Positions 10,771-20,852 of a stretch of 64,000 nt of DNA are shown in pieces; position 1 is the stretch's first letter, and every line of letters begins with the position of its first letter. Origin of the DNA: Candidatus Micrarchaeota archaeon (GTDB lineage: Archaea > Micrarchaeota > Micrarchaeia > Burarchaeales > JACRGF01). The stretch is taken from positions 28,132-92,131 of the forward strand of contig JACRGF010000009.1 in assembly GCA_016212395.1 (NCBI GenBank), given 5' to 3'. The translations under genes were made by a program, and so were the position numbers. Below the pieces are notes generated by a model. That model was not told the origin of the DNA. It worked only from the letters and a program-made list of their open reading frames with translations, and did not search any database.

Positions 10771-11694
10771 ATGAGCGTGCTGGTTACAGGCGGTGCAGGG
10801 TTTATTGCAAGCCACTTGGTTGACGTGCTTGTTTCGAAACAAAGCAATATTGTCGTTCTAGACGACTTGAGTTCAGGAAAAAAAGAAAACGTGAACAAGA
10901 AAGCAAAACTAATAGTGAAAGACATTGTCCGCGACGATATCGACAGCGCATTCAAAGGAGTTTCCACTGTTTTTCATTTTGCTGCAGACCCTCTAGTTAA
11001 AGAAAGTGCGGAAAACCCCGCGCACAGTTTCAACATCAACGTTTCCGGAACTTTCCGCGTGCTTGAAGCGTGCAGGAAGAACAACGTGAAGAAAATAGTT
11101 TTCGCTTCAACTTCAACTGTTTACGGCGACGCTGCAGTTATTCCAACTCCTGAAACTGCTTTGCTCGAGCCTGTAAGCAATTACGGCGCGAGCAAGCTCG
11201 CGAACGAAGCATACGTTTCCTCCTACTGCCACACTTACGGAATGCGCGGCGTTTCACTCCGCTTTGCGAATATTTTCGGCCCGCGAAGCACGCACGGAGT
11301 AATGAAAGACTTTTTCTTCAAGCTGAAAAAAAACGCGAAACAGCTTGAAATTCTCGGAGACGGAAAGCAGGACAAGAGCTACTTGTTCGTGAGCGACTGC
11401 ATTGAAGCGATTTTGCTTGCAAGCGAAAAAAGCGCGAAAGCATACTCTGCCTTCAACGTTGGAAGCTCTGACAAAATGAAAGTGCTTGAAGTTGCGAGAA
11501 TAGTTTGCGAAATAATGCGCGTTTCGCCAGACTTTTCTTTCACTGGAGGAAAGCGCGGGTGGGTTGGCGACGTTCCAGTAATGCTTCTTGACACGAAGAA
11601 AATTTGCGCGCTCGGCTGGAAGCAGAAAACAAGCTTCAAGCAAGGAGTAAAAAAATACGTCGAGTGGCTCAAGACTCTAACTGGTTTTGACTAG
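10771..11694 (+). CDS. NAD-dependent epimerase/dehydratase (UDP-sugar 4-epimerase-like)
   Basis: MSVLVTGGAGFIASHLVD...YGASKLANE matches the SDR family. Confidence 0.75.
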   Translation: MSVLVTGGAGFIASHLVDVLVSKQSNIVVLDDLSSGKKENVNKKAKLIVKDIVRDDIDSAFKGVSTVFHFAADPLVKESAENPAHSFNINVSGTFRVLEACRKNNVKKIVFASTSTVYGDAAVIPTPETALLEPVSNYGASKLANEAYVSSYCHTYGMRGVSLRFANIFGPRSTHGVMKDFFFKLKKNAKQLEILGDGKQDKSYLFVSDCIEAILLASEKSAKAYSAFNVGSSDKMKVLEVARIVCEIMRVSPDFSFTGGKRGWVGDVPVMLLDTKKICALGWKQKTSFKQGVKKYVEWLKTLTGFD

Positions 11695-11734
11695 TTTTGC
11701 TTCAAGACTATAGACTGAGGACTCAAGACTTTTT

Positions 11735-14527
11735 TCAATTTACTTGCGGCAACGGCTGCACATCCGCTGCTGTTTCGTCTTTCAGCTTGAATATTCTCAC
11801 TGCCGCGCTTGGGCCTTGCTGGTTGTAATTCGGGTAGACTTGCTCGAAGCCAGGAATTTCACCGAGGAAAAAGCCTTGGTAGAACATCGATTCGTAGTAC
11901 TCGCTTTTCGCGTCTTCCAACGCGTTGCTTCCGTCAATCCACTCTTTCGGGTACCACAATATATACTGGTCGAACGGCCTGCCCTCCAGCTCTTGCTCCC
12001 CGTACTTGAACATTGCAGCGCGGTTCACAGTCCCGTCTTGGTTGTACAACAGCATAATCGTGCCTCCAGTTGAATCCGTCGCTGCCCTCACGCAGTAATT
12101 CGTCCACGGAGGCGAGTAGCCGACAATTCCTTTCCCTCCGTCTTCAGTTTCGCAAAAGTCGTTCAACTGCGGAGTTTTTGGAATGAACACGCGCTCGTAC
12201 ATGTATTTTACAGTATCGCACTCGTCTTTCCCAGGCCCTATTTCGCATTTCGTCTCGTTGTTGCGGTAGCACGAGAGGTAAGTGAGCGCGCCCCATTTTC
12301 CAATCAAATCATAATCAAGAAGCAGGTACTTTGCTTTCGTCTGGCGCATAAACTTTGCCATTCCTTCCGGCGTGTTTGCAACCATCTTGTCCGCAACTTC
12401 CAAATCCATGTCCATGTGCGCGTGGTCGTTCCTCGTCACAGTCTTTTTTCTCCCGAAAAAGTTCGTCCAGTGGCCGTAATCCCACCAGTGAAGCACGCGC
12501 GCGTCATCCTCAACATTCTGCTCAATCCACTCCATTGGCTCGCTCCAGTAAGGCGGAATGCGGTTGCAGTAAATCTGGCGCGCCATCCCCTCAGTAGTCC
12601 CGCAGAACGTCATCAACTCGCCCCAATTGCTTCCATTCACGGAATTGTAATTTACTGCTGCAGAAAATATCGGAAGCATCAACGAAGACTGCAAAAGCAA
12701 GAAAACAAATGCAACCCCGGCAATAGAAACGAACGCAGACGTTTTGTCCTTTCTCACCACTGAATCAACTGCGAAAGCGCAAGCAGCCAGCGCGAGAATG
12801 CCTGTCGCAACTGCCAACGCAACATCAACACTCCACGAAACTCTCCCAGCAATATACAGCAACGCGAGCGCAAGCATTCCAACTGCCGCGTAGACAGCGT
12901 ACTGCTTCTCTTCGTTTTTCTTCGGATTTTCAAAGTATTCTTTCGCAAGCTGTTGTATTCCGCCAATGAAGGAAGCGAACGCGAGCACGAGCATGAACCC
13001 GAAGTGCACCAAGTATTTTATTTTGTTTATTCCAACGTACGAAATCGGGATTATCGCCACTGCGTACAATACTCCCACGCGCGAACCGTTCTTGATCGCG
13101 TACGCTAATGACGCGAGGCCTCCGAACAAGAACAAGTACAACGAGTTCACGCCCAACTCATTGATTGGAACGCTCAAGTAAACGAACGCGTTGTAAGTAA
13201 ACCCTGCAAGCCAGCCTCCTCCAGTCGCGCCTTCCTCTGCTACAGTCTGCGCCAGCCCGCAGTCAGGCTTCGCGTAGCCAACAGCCCTGCTCAATTGTTC
13301 TGCAAGCGTGCTTCCAACTGACGGAATAGGCCCAATCGCCGGCATTAAAAGGAACACGAGCCCGACAACTGCGAGCGCGATAAAGTAATTCAGTTTCTCT
13401 TCAAGTTTTTTCGTCTTTTCTGAAATCAAGTAAAGCGCGCAAGCTCCAGCGAGCGCGCCAGCCATTGGAAACAATTCTGTGGGAATAGTAAACTGAATTC
13501 CTGACGGCGAGTACGCCATCAACCCGTACTCTCCGACAATCGCTCCGAACAGCACTATCGCGTTCACTTCAATAAACTGTTTCGACATTTTCCCGTTGAA
13601 ATAATCAATTACTGCCTGCACTCCAACATAACCTGCGAACACGAGGTACGCGAGAATTTGCGCCTTCGAGCCCAAGCTTACTGACGCGAGCGCTACTGCA
13701 GCAAGCACTGCAAACCTCCTGCTCTCGTGCTTTACAGCATGCGCGTACGCAGCGTAGAAAAAGAACGCGGCGAAAATGCCCCAAGGCAATTGTTCTGAAA
13801 CTCCAGCGAGAAACTTTTCCATCAACTGCGGAGTGAAAGCCACCAACCCCGCAGCGATCAAGCCTATCTCGCGCCTGTACTCAAGCGCCACCAATTCAAA
13901 CATCAGAAAACACAAAAGCGCGCCAACAAGCGGCGGGTAAGCTGCAGCCACTGTTGACAACAGCATGTGATCGTACGCGCCGCCCTGCGCGTAAATCGAA
14001 TACCATTGGCTCGTCAAGTACGCTATTAAAGGCGGGTTCCTGTGCGAGTCCCGGTGAGGATACCACGCCAAATCGTCGTACCTCAATACTTCCCCCTTCG
14101 TCAGAATCTGCTCTTGCATCACGTCATAATAATACGGGTCGAACTCGTAGTAAGTAGCGCTCAAGCTCTGAATGCGAATGAAAAACGCGAGCGCCATTAT
14201 AACTGTAAGCACAATCCAAACCCCGTCGCGCTTCAACTCGAACGAAGGCTTCACTTCCACTTTTTCTTTCGCGCTCAAAGCAATTCCCGCAAGCGTCAAA
14301 GCGAGCGAAACTCCAATCGCCACGTCAAAAGAATATTTTACTCCGAAGAAGGACAGAAACCACAACGCGAGCGGAGGAATAATCAACCCAAGCATGAACC
14401 CGTAGCAAATTATTTGGAAGAACGAGAGGTTGGTTCTCTTCAGCAACGGAAGCGCGAGCGCCAAGCCAGGAACGAGCGTAAACAAAAATATGGGCACGCC
14501 TGCAGCAACAAAATCAATGAAAGCCAC
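11735..14527 (-). CDS. aglB: Archaeal oligosaccharyltransferase AglB (STT3)
   Basis: A 930-aa multi-TM N-terminal half with the WWDYGHW catalytic motif and a large C-terminal soluble domain. Confidence 0.9.
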   Translation of the reverse strand: MAFIDFVAAGVPIFLFTLVPGLALALPLLKRTNLSFFQIICYGFMLGLIIPPLALWFLSFFGVKYSFDVAIGVSLALTLAGIALSAKEKVEVKPSFELKRDGVWIVLTVIMALAFFIRIQSLSATYYEFDPYYYDVMQEQILTKGEVLRYDDLAWYPHRDSHRNPPLIAYLTSQWYSIYAQGGAYDHMLLSTVAAAYPPLVGALLCFLMFELVALEYRREIGLIAAGLVAFTPQLMEKFLAGVSEQLPWGIFAAFFFYAAYAHAVKHESRRFAVLAAVALASVSLGSKAQILAYLVFAGYVGVQAVIDYFNGKMSKQFIEVNAIVLFGAIVGEYGLMAYSPSGIQFTIPTELFPMAGALAGACALYLISEKTKKLEEKLNYFIALAVVGLVFLLMPAIGPIPSVGSTLAEQLSRAVGYAKPDCGLAQTVAEEGATGGGWLAGFTYNAFVYLSVPINELGVNSLYLFLFGGLASLAYAIKNGSRVGVLYAVAIIPISYVGINKIKYLVHFGFMLVLAFASFIGGIQQLAKEYFENPKKNEEKQYAVYAAVGMLALALLYIAGRVSWSVDVALAVATGILALAACAFAVDSVVRKDKTSAFVSIAGVAFVFLLLQSSLMLPIFSAAVNYNSVNGSNWGELMTFCGTTEGMARQIYCNRIPPYWSEPMEWIEQNVEDDARVLHWWDYGHWTNFFGRKKTVTRNDHAHMDMDLEVADKMVANTPEGMAKFMRQTKAKYLLLDYDLIGKWGALTYLSCYRNNETKCEIGPGKDECDTVKYMYERVFIPKTPQLNDFCETEDGGKGIVGYSPPWTNYCVRAATDSTGGTIMLLYNQDGTVNRAAMFKYGEQELEGRPFDQYILWYPKEWIDGSNALEDAKSEYYESMFYQGFFLGEIPGFEQVYPNYNQQGPSAAVRIFKLKDETAADVQPLPQVN

Positions 14528-14603
14528 GAAATCACTCCCTTCTTCATTTTTCAGTGTGAAACATATAAATACCTGTTTTCACTGAATCAACCCAACGAGT
14601 TTT

Positions 14604-15716
14604 ATGCTAGACCTAATTATTTCCGGCGCAGGCCCTGCAGGCTGCCTTGCAGCCAAAACAGCATGCGAGCAAGGCGCAAGCGCTAGCATTTTCGAAGAAC
14701 ACGCGCGAATAGGCGTGCCCACCCAATGCTCAGGCTTAGTTTCAAAAACCGGGCTTGACGCGCTCGGCATCGATTATTCGAGTGCAGTGGTAAACGAATT
14801 GAACGGAGCAAACGTCTACTGCCTGGACAATTGCCTGCACGTGAAAGCAAAAGAAACCAAAGCAATTCTCTTGGACAGGAAAAAATTCGACGAAATTTGC
14901 GCGCAAGAAGCCGAGAAAGCAGGAGCGAAAATAAAGTTGGGAAAAAGACTGAAGAAAAACGACTTGATTTCATCCGCACGCAACTCGACAATCATCGGGG
15001 CAGACGGCGCTTACTCCAGTGTTGCTGGCGCGTTCAATTTCCCAAAAATAAACTCATGGGCCTCGTGCTTCCAGTCTTTCTTCGAGCGCGCGCAAATCGA
15101 AGACAAGAAAAGCGTTTCAATCGTTTTTTCAAGCGAACTATTCCCCGGCTTCTTTGGGTGGGTGATTCCTGAAAACGAGGAATCCTGCAGAGTAGGGTTC
15201 GGGGCAAACCCTAAACAAAACAAGTGCGACATGAAAACAACCTTCCGCGCTTTCCTTGAAACAAAGCGCGTGAAAGAAATAATCCCAAAAGCAAAAATGG
15301 TTTCTTTCCACGGCGGGGTCATCCCTCTTGAAACGCGAAAGCAAACAGTGAAAAAAAACGTTTTGCTCGCAGGCGACGCTGCAGGCCAAGTGAAAGCAAC
15401 TACCGGCGGAGGCATTTTCTTCGGATGTTCGTGCGCAAAAATTGCAGGCGAACTCGCTGCAACAGGCAAGGCAAGCGAGTACGAACACGCATGGAGAAAA
15501 CAATTCGAAAAAGACTTGAAAACACACGCGAACATCCGGAAATTCCTCAACTCTTCAAGCGACAACGCGCTCGCAAACTACTTCAAGCTCGCGAAAATGT
15601 TCGGAGCGGAAAAGTTTCTCAGCGACCACGGAGAAATGGACTTGCTTGGAGGAATGCTTGAAAAAATGCGCGCCAGCCCTTTCAGCGCCCTAACCAAAAC
15701 ATTTAACGTCTTTTAA
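14604..15716 (+). CDS. Geranylgeranyl reductase family FAD-dependent oxidoreductase (digeranylgeranylglycerophospholipid reductase-like)
   Basis: MLDLIISGAGPAGCLAAKTA GxGxxG FAD motif. A 370-aa protein of the GGR family. Confidence 0.75.
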   Translation: MLDLIISGAGPAGCLAAKTACEQGASASIFEEHARIGVPTQCSGLVSKTGLDALGIDYSSAVVNELNGANVYCLDNCLHVKAKETKAILLDRKKFDEICAQEAEKAGAKIKLGKRLKKNDLISSARNSTIIGADGAYSSVAGAFNFPKINSWASCFQSFFERAQIEDKKSVSIVFSSELFPGFFGWVIPENEESCRVGFGANPKQNKCDMKTTFRAFLETKRVKEIIPKAKMVSFHGGVIPLETRKQTVKKNVLLAGDAAGQVKATTGGGIFFGCSCAKIAGELAATGKASEYEHAWRKQFEKDLKTHANIRKFLNSSSDNALANYFKLAKMFGAEKFLSDHGEMDLLGGMLEKMRASPFSALTKTFNVF

Positions 15717-15849
15717 GCAAACATTACTTCAGATGGTTTGAATGGTTCCAAAACACATTCTAATAACGCCTGACGGAATCTATATTCGCTGGTAATCCGC
15801 GTCTATAACCTTAAACAGGCGGTGGGCCAAGCTTAACGGCAAGACTGCC

Positions 15850-16470
15850 TTGGAAGGTCACGCCATAGGCATTGAGAAAATAAAAGAGGTAGTCGGCTGG
15901 TGCCGTGACGCCGGCGTGCGCGAGCTTTCTTTGTGGGGCTTTTCCACCGAGAACTTCGACCGCGACCCTGCAGAAGTAATCGGCTTGATGAAACTATTCG
16001 AAACTAAATTGAGCGAGCTTCTCTCAAGCGAAGAACTGAAAAAGCACGAAGTGCGCGTCCGCTTTTTCGGAGACTTGGAACGCATTCCCCCGCCAGTTCG
16101 AGCGTACTTGAAGAAAGTGGAAGACGCTACAAAATCAAACGGAGAATACAATCTCAACATTCTCTTGAGCTACGGAGGCAGGCCCGAGCTCATCTCAGCA
16201 TGCAACAAAATTCTCGACGCTGCAAAGCGCGGAGAAGTAAAAAAAATAGACGAAAGCAACTTCCAAACGTTCTTGTGGACAAGCGAATTGAGCGAGCCTG
16301 ACTTGGTAGTCCGCACTTCAGGAGAGCAGAGAACGTCCGGAGTGCTTCCATGGCAGGCTGCCTACGCTGAACTATACTTCTGCGAAAAACTGTGGCCAGA
16401 CTTTTCAAAAGAAGACTTTGAAAAAATACTGAAAGAATTCGACAGGCGCGAAAGGCGGTTCGGAAAATGA
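15850..16470 (+). CDS. uppS: Di-trans,poly-cis polyprenyl diphosphate synthase (UppS/cis-prenyltransferase), C-terminal major segment
   Basis: The ORF has a TTG start and lacks the conserved N-terminal segment, which is encoded upstream (see finding). GHAIG...LWGFSTENFDR...RTSGEQRTSG are cis-IPPS hallmarks. Confidence 0.8.
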   Translation: MEGHAIGIEKIKEVVGWCRDAGVRELSLWGFSTENFDRDPAEVIGLMKLFETKLSELLSSEELKKHEVRVRFFGDLERIPPPVRAYLKKVEDATKSNGEYNLNILLSYGGRPELISACNKILDAAKRGEVKKIDESNFQTFLWTSELSEPDLVVRTSGEQRTSGVLPWQAAYAELYFCEKLWPDFSKEDFEKILKEFDRRERRFGK

Positions 16471-16793
16471 AAAAAACAAAACTCCATGATTTTGAATTGT
16501 GCGACAGCCCTTCCTCGCGAATGCGCGGGTTGATGTTCAGAAAAAAATTCAAAAAACCACTCTTGTTCAAATTCGATTTTCCAGCAAAGCACGCAATCCA
16601 CTCTTTCTTCGTGCTCTTCGAATTCGACGCTGTTTTTTTGAATGATGAAAAAAAAGTAGTTGACGTGTTCAAGCGAATAAAGCCATTCACTCCTCTAATT
16701 GTTCCGAAAAAGAACGCGCTTTTTTTGATAGAATTTCCAGCTGGAGTTGCTGAAAAGAAAGGCATAAAAACCGGCGATGCTATTGTTTGGTAA
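16467..16793 (+). CDS. DUF192-family protein
   Basis: A 108-aa protein with an ATGA overlap onto uppS. It has a DUF192-like pattern (FDLDAVFLN-like core). Confidence 0.4.
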   Translation: MKKTKLHDFELCDSPSSRMRGLMFRKKFKKPLLFKFDFPAKHAIHSFFVLFEFDAVFLNDEKKVVDVFKRIKPFTPLIVPKKNALFLIEFPAGVAEKKGIKTGDAIVW

Positions 16794-16869
16794 CGTGGGA
16801 GACAGTGACTGCATCAGAATTGTTTGCAAGCGCGCGAGTCGCAGTATTTGCGATTTTTTGCAGGTGTAA

Positions 16870-18600
16870 ATGATGGCTGTCAACTCGTTAGAATGGAGCG
16901 AAAAAGCCTGTGTCGACTGCAATTCATGCCTGAAAGCCTGCCCGAAGAACGTGAAGGACGACAAGATTTTCAACTGCACTCACTGCCCGCCAGAGCTTGC
17001 AGAATGCAAATCCTCGTGCCGAAAAGGCGCCATTAAGGAAGCGAACGGCTTCCTGTTCGTTGACGAAAACATCTGCAACGGGTGCTTCGAGTGCAAGTGC
17101 CAGAAAAGCGCGCTCGTTTTCCGCGACGGAAAAATCACCAAGTGCGACTACTGCTTTGGAAAGCCGGCGTGCGCGAGCGCGTGCCCCGAGAACGCGTTGC
17201 GCGCTTCAAGCGATGTGAAGCACGCCGGCAGCTTGCTCGGTTGGACTGTTGAAAAAACTGCCGACTACTTCGCTCCAGTCCCGCGCCTGAGTACAGACGA
17301 AGAACGCGTGCTCTCCGCGTGCATTGACGAGTTCAAGGAAGTCTCTAAAAGCGCTGAGCTGGGCGACCGCGCGCAGGCAAGCGAACTCCTCCACGCAATA
17401 CTCAAAGACTATTTCCACGAGAACGGTTTTTACGCAGACGAAAAACAGCTCAACTACCTGCGCGACGTTGCAGTAATGAGCGTATGCGGGTTCGGAGTGC
17501 TCGACTGCCTCTTGAAAGACGACGAGCTCGAGGAAATCTCCGTCTGCGGTTTGGGCGAGCGCGTGCGCGTCTTCCACCGCGCGAAAGGCTGGCTTGACAC
17601 GAACGTGCGCATTTCAAGCGAAGAATTCTTCCTCAACTCTGTAAACAAAATGGCGCGCGTGCTCGGCAGGAGAATAACGCTTCAAACCCCGCGCTTGAAC
17701 GCCGTGCTTCCCGACGGCTCGCGCTTGCACGCTTCAATCCCGCCTCTTTCCAATTTCGAGCTCACCATCAGGAAATTCCGCGCCCAGCCGATTTCAATTC
17801 CAGACTTGATCCGCTTCAACACTCTCTCAAGCCACGCGCTCGCGTTCCTGTGGCTCGCAATGCAAAGCGACGCCTCTATTCTCATAAGCGGAAACACTGC
17901 GAGCGGAAAAACGTCCACACTCAACGCGTTGTTTTCTTTCGTCCCGCTCTCCGAACGCATCGTCATCACTGAAGAAACTCCTGAAATAAACGTTCCTCAC
18001 GAGCACAAAGTGCGCATGGTTGCAAACGAAGAGCTCGGCATCCGCTTGACTGATTTGGTTGGAGACTGCCTGCGCATGAGGCCAGACCGCGTCATTGTCG
18101 CCGAAGTACGCACGAGCGACGAAGCAAAAGCGCTCGTTGAAACCATCCTAAGCGGGCAGGCGAAAGGCAGTTACGCAACGTTCCACGCTTCAACTGCTTC
18201 AGAAACCCTCCAGCGCCTGCGCTCGCTCGGAGTTTTGGAAATGGACTTGGCAAGCCTTGACCTGGCAGTAGTCCAGCGCAGAATAACAAAATACGACGCG
18301 AAAACAAAACAATCAAAAGAAATACGGCGCGTCACTGAAATAAGTGAAATCATTCCGTCCGCATCATCACTCCCAAAACAAAACACTCTATTCACCTACA
18401 ACCCAAAGACAGACTCTCTTGAACGCACTTCGTCAAGCTCGTTCTTCCTCGAGCGCATTGCCCCTGAACTCGGGTTGAGCAAGCAAGAACTCGAGCGCGA
18501 ACTCCTCGAACGCAAAAAATTCTTAGACAAGCTGGCGGCAGGCAAGAAAACTTCCTTCCTCGAATCAGTGAAACTCATCCAAAAACACTCGTTCGCATAA
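16870..18600 (+). CDS. Type II/IV secretion-system-family ATPase (FlaI/VirB11/TadA-like) with N-terminal 2x[4Fe-4S] ferredoxin domain
   Basis: N-terminal CVDCNSCLKACP and CDYCFGKPACASACP are CxxCxxCxxxCP-type motifs. The C-terminal half has Walker A GNTASGKTST, RLHASIPPLS and ITEETPEI typical of PilT/FlaI-class hexameric ATPases. Confidence 0.7.
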   Translation: MMAVNSLEWSEKACVDCNSCLKACPKNVKDDKIFNCTHCPPELAECKSSCRKGAIKEANGFLFVDENICNGCFECKCQKSALVFRDGKITKCDYCFGKPACASACPENALRASSDVKHAGSLLGWTVEKTADYFAPVPRLSTDEERVLSACIDEFKEVSKSAELGDRAQASELLHAILKDYFHENGFYADEKQLNYLRDVAVMSVCGFGVLDCLLKDDELEEISVCGLGERVRVFHRAKGWLDTNVRISSEEFFLNSVNKMARVLGRRITLQTPRLNAVLPDGSRLHASIPPLSNFELTIRKFRAQPISIPDLIRFNTLSSHALAFLWLAMQSDASILISGNTASGKTSTLNALFSFVPLSERIVITEETPEINVPHEHKVRMVANEELGIRLTDLVGDCLRMRPDRVIVAEVRTSDEAKALVETILSGQAKGSYATFHASTASETLQRLRSLGVLEMDLASLDLAVVQRRITKYDAKTKQSKEIRRVTEISEIIPSASSLPKQNTLFTYNPKTDSLERTSSSSFFLERIAPELGLSKQELERELLERKKFLDKLAAGKKTSFLESVKLIQKHSFA

Positions 18601-18731
18601 ACAAACAACTATTTTAAAAACAACAACAAACAATTCATTGTTTCGACTGGGTGGTTTTGTAGTTTAGAAGTTTTGTTGTTTTGCTTGCGTGGTTTTGTTT
18701 CTGGGGTTTTGTAGTTTAATGGTGTTTTTGC

Positions 18732-19925
18732 ATGTTTTACGATTATCCTGACAAGAACGGAAAATTCGGAGTATTCGGAGGCAAGTTCGTTCCCGAAGTG
18801 ATCACTCCCTTGCTTGAAGAGCTCGAGCAAGCGTACAATAATGCGAAGAAAGACGAGCAGTTCCAGCTTCAGTTAAATGATTTGCTCAAGCACTTTGCAG
18901 GCAGGCCCACTCCAATTTACTTTGCAGAAAACCTGTCCAAGCGTGTTGGCGGAGCAAGAATTTTCCTGAAGCGCGAAGACCTCGCCCACCTCGGCGCGCA
19001 CAAGATAAACAACGCGCTCGGGCAAGCTTTGCTCGCGAAATTCATGGGCAAAAAACGCGTCATCGCCGAGACAGGTGCAGGACAGCACGGAGTTGCAACT
19101 GCAAGCGCTTGCGCAAAACTCGGCTTGAAATGCCGCGTCTACATGGGCTCTGTCGACGTCGAGAGGCAGGCGCTTAATGTTTTTCGCATGAAGCTAATGG
19201 GTGCTGAAGTCACTCCCGTAGAAAGCGGTTCGAAAACGCTCAAAGATGCTATCAACGAAGCGTTCCGCGATTGGATTGCAAACGTCCACGACACTCACTA
19301 CTTGATTGGCTCTGTAGTCGGTCCGCACCCTTACCCCTTAATAGTGCGCGATTTTCAAAGCATCATTGGAAAAGAAGCGAAAAAACAAGCGAGCGATACG
19401 ATTGGAAAGTTGCCTGATTGCATTGTTGCCTGCGTTGGAGGCGGAAGCAATGCTGCAGGCATTTTCAGCGAATTCGTTTCAGACGAGAAAGTCAAGTTAA
19501 TCGGCGTGGAGGCAGGCGGCAAAAGCAAAAAATCAGGCGAACACGCAGCGTCCATCTGCCTTGGCACTAAAGGCGTTCTTCACGGAAGCCTCGGATTTGT
19601 TTTGCAAGACGAGTTCGGGCAAATAATCGAAACGCACTCCGTCTCCGCAGGCTTGGACTACCCCGGAGTTGGGCCAGAGCACTGCCTCCTGCACGAGCTC
19701 AAGCGAGCGGAATACGTTTCAGCCACTGACGAGGAAGCGCTTGAAGCGTTCAAAACCCTCTCGGAATGCGAAGGCATAATGCCTGCTCTTGAAAGCGCGC
19801 ACGCATTGGCGCACGCAGTAAAACTCGCGAAAAAAATGAAGAAAGAAGAAAGCATTCTCGTATGCCTGTCAGGAAGAGGCGACAAAGACGTTGAAATAAT
19901 CAAGAAAAACACTTCATTGCTGTGA
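18732..19925 (+). CDS. trpB: Tryptophan synthase beta chain
   Basis: [13 protein letters not shown]...[18 protein letters not shown] (PLP Lys) and GGGSNAAG. Confidence 0.9.
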   Translation: MFYDYPDKNGKFGVFGGKFVPEVITPLLEELEQAYNNAKKDEQFQLQLNDLLKHFAGRPTPIYFAENLSKRVGGARIFLKREDLAHLGAHKINNALGQALLAKFMGKKRVIAETGAGQHGVATASACAKLGLKCRVYMGSVDVERQALNVFRMKLMGAEVTPVESGSKTLKDAINEAFRDWIANVHDTHYLIGSVVGPHPYPLIVRDFQSIIGKEAKKQASDTIGKLPDCIVACVGGGSNAAGIFSEFVSDEKVKLIGVEAGGKSKKSGEHAASICLGTKGVLHGSLGFVLQDEFGQIIETHSVSAGLDYPGVGPEHCLLHELKRAEYVSATDEEALEAFKTLSECEGIMPALESAHALAHAVKLAKKMKKEESILVCLSGRGDKDVEIIKKNTSLL

Positions 19926-20723
19926 GTGAATGCCATGAATTCAATTGAAAACAGTTTGTCCGCGAAACTGCGCGAATTGAAAGAAAAAAAACAAGCAGCG
20001 CTAGTTTCCTTTTTTCCCCTCGGCTTTCCGAACATGAACACTTCGATTGATGTGTGCGCGCAATTGCTTTGCGGAGGCACTGACATTCTCGAAGTAGGCA
20101 TTCCGTTTTCAGACCCGATTGCAGACGGCCCCACCATTCAAGCAGCTTCACAGCAAGCGCTCGCGAACGGCGCGAACCCCAAGAAATGCTTTGAAGCAGT
20201 ACGCAAACTCAACGCAAGCGTTCCAGTAATGATTCTTACTTACTACAACCTGCTCTACAAAATGGGAGTTGAAAATTTCGTGAGTGAAGCGAAGAAGGCT
20301 GGAGTTTCAGCAATTCTCGCTGCAGACTTGCCAATAGAAGAAGCAAGCGAGTTCGAGAAAGCATGCGCGAAGCACAACGTCGCAACAGTCTTCATCATTG
20401 CTCCAAACACTTCAAGCGAGCGCGTCAAGAAAATCGCTCTCCACACTACTGGCTTTCTCTACTTAATGGCGCACTTCGGAGTGACAGGCGAGAAAGACAA
20501 CGTGGAAGACTTGACTATTCAAGCAGTAAAACGCGTGAAAAAAGCCACTAACACTCCAGTGTGCGTTGGCTTCGGCATTTCAAAAGAAGAACACGCGCGA
20601 AAACTCGCTGAAGCAGGAGCAGACGGCGTGATAGTAGGAAGCGCGTTCGTGAAAGCATCCCGCGCAGGCGAAAGCATTGAAGCGCTCGCAAGAAAACTCA
20701 AGCACGCCACGCTGAAGAAGTAG
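19926..20723 (+). CDS. trpA: Tryptophan synthase alpha chain
   Basis: GTDILEVGIPFSDPIADGPTIQ and GFGIS motifs. Its start overlaps the trpB stop. Confidence 0.85.
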   Translation: MNAMNSIENSLSAKLRELKEKKQAALVSFFPLGFPNMNTSIDVCAQLLCGGTDILEVGIPFSDPIADGPTIQAASQQALANGANPKKCFEAVRKLNASVPVMILTYYNLLYKMGVENFVSEAKKAGVSAILAADLPIEEASEFEKACAKHNVATVFIIAPNTSSERVKKIALHTTGFLYLMAHFGVTGEKDNVEDLTIQAVKRVKKATNTPVCVGFGISKEEHARKLAEAGADGVIVGSAFVKASRAGESIEALARKLKHATLKK

Positions 20724-20852
20724 AAAAGAAAGAAGAAAAGAAAACAAACCCTGCGACAACAATAAAAAACAGAAAAAAGCAAACAGAAAACTAACTGGCA
20801 GCACGCACCAAATAAAGCTAAAAGAAAAATAAAAAAGAAGGAATGCTTTTTT

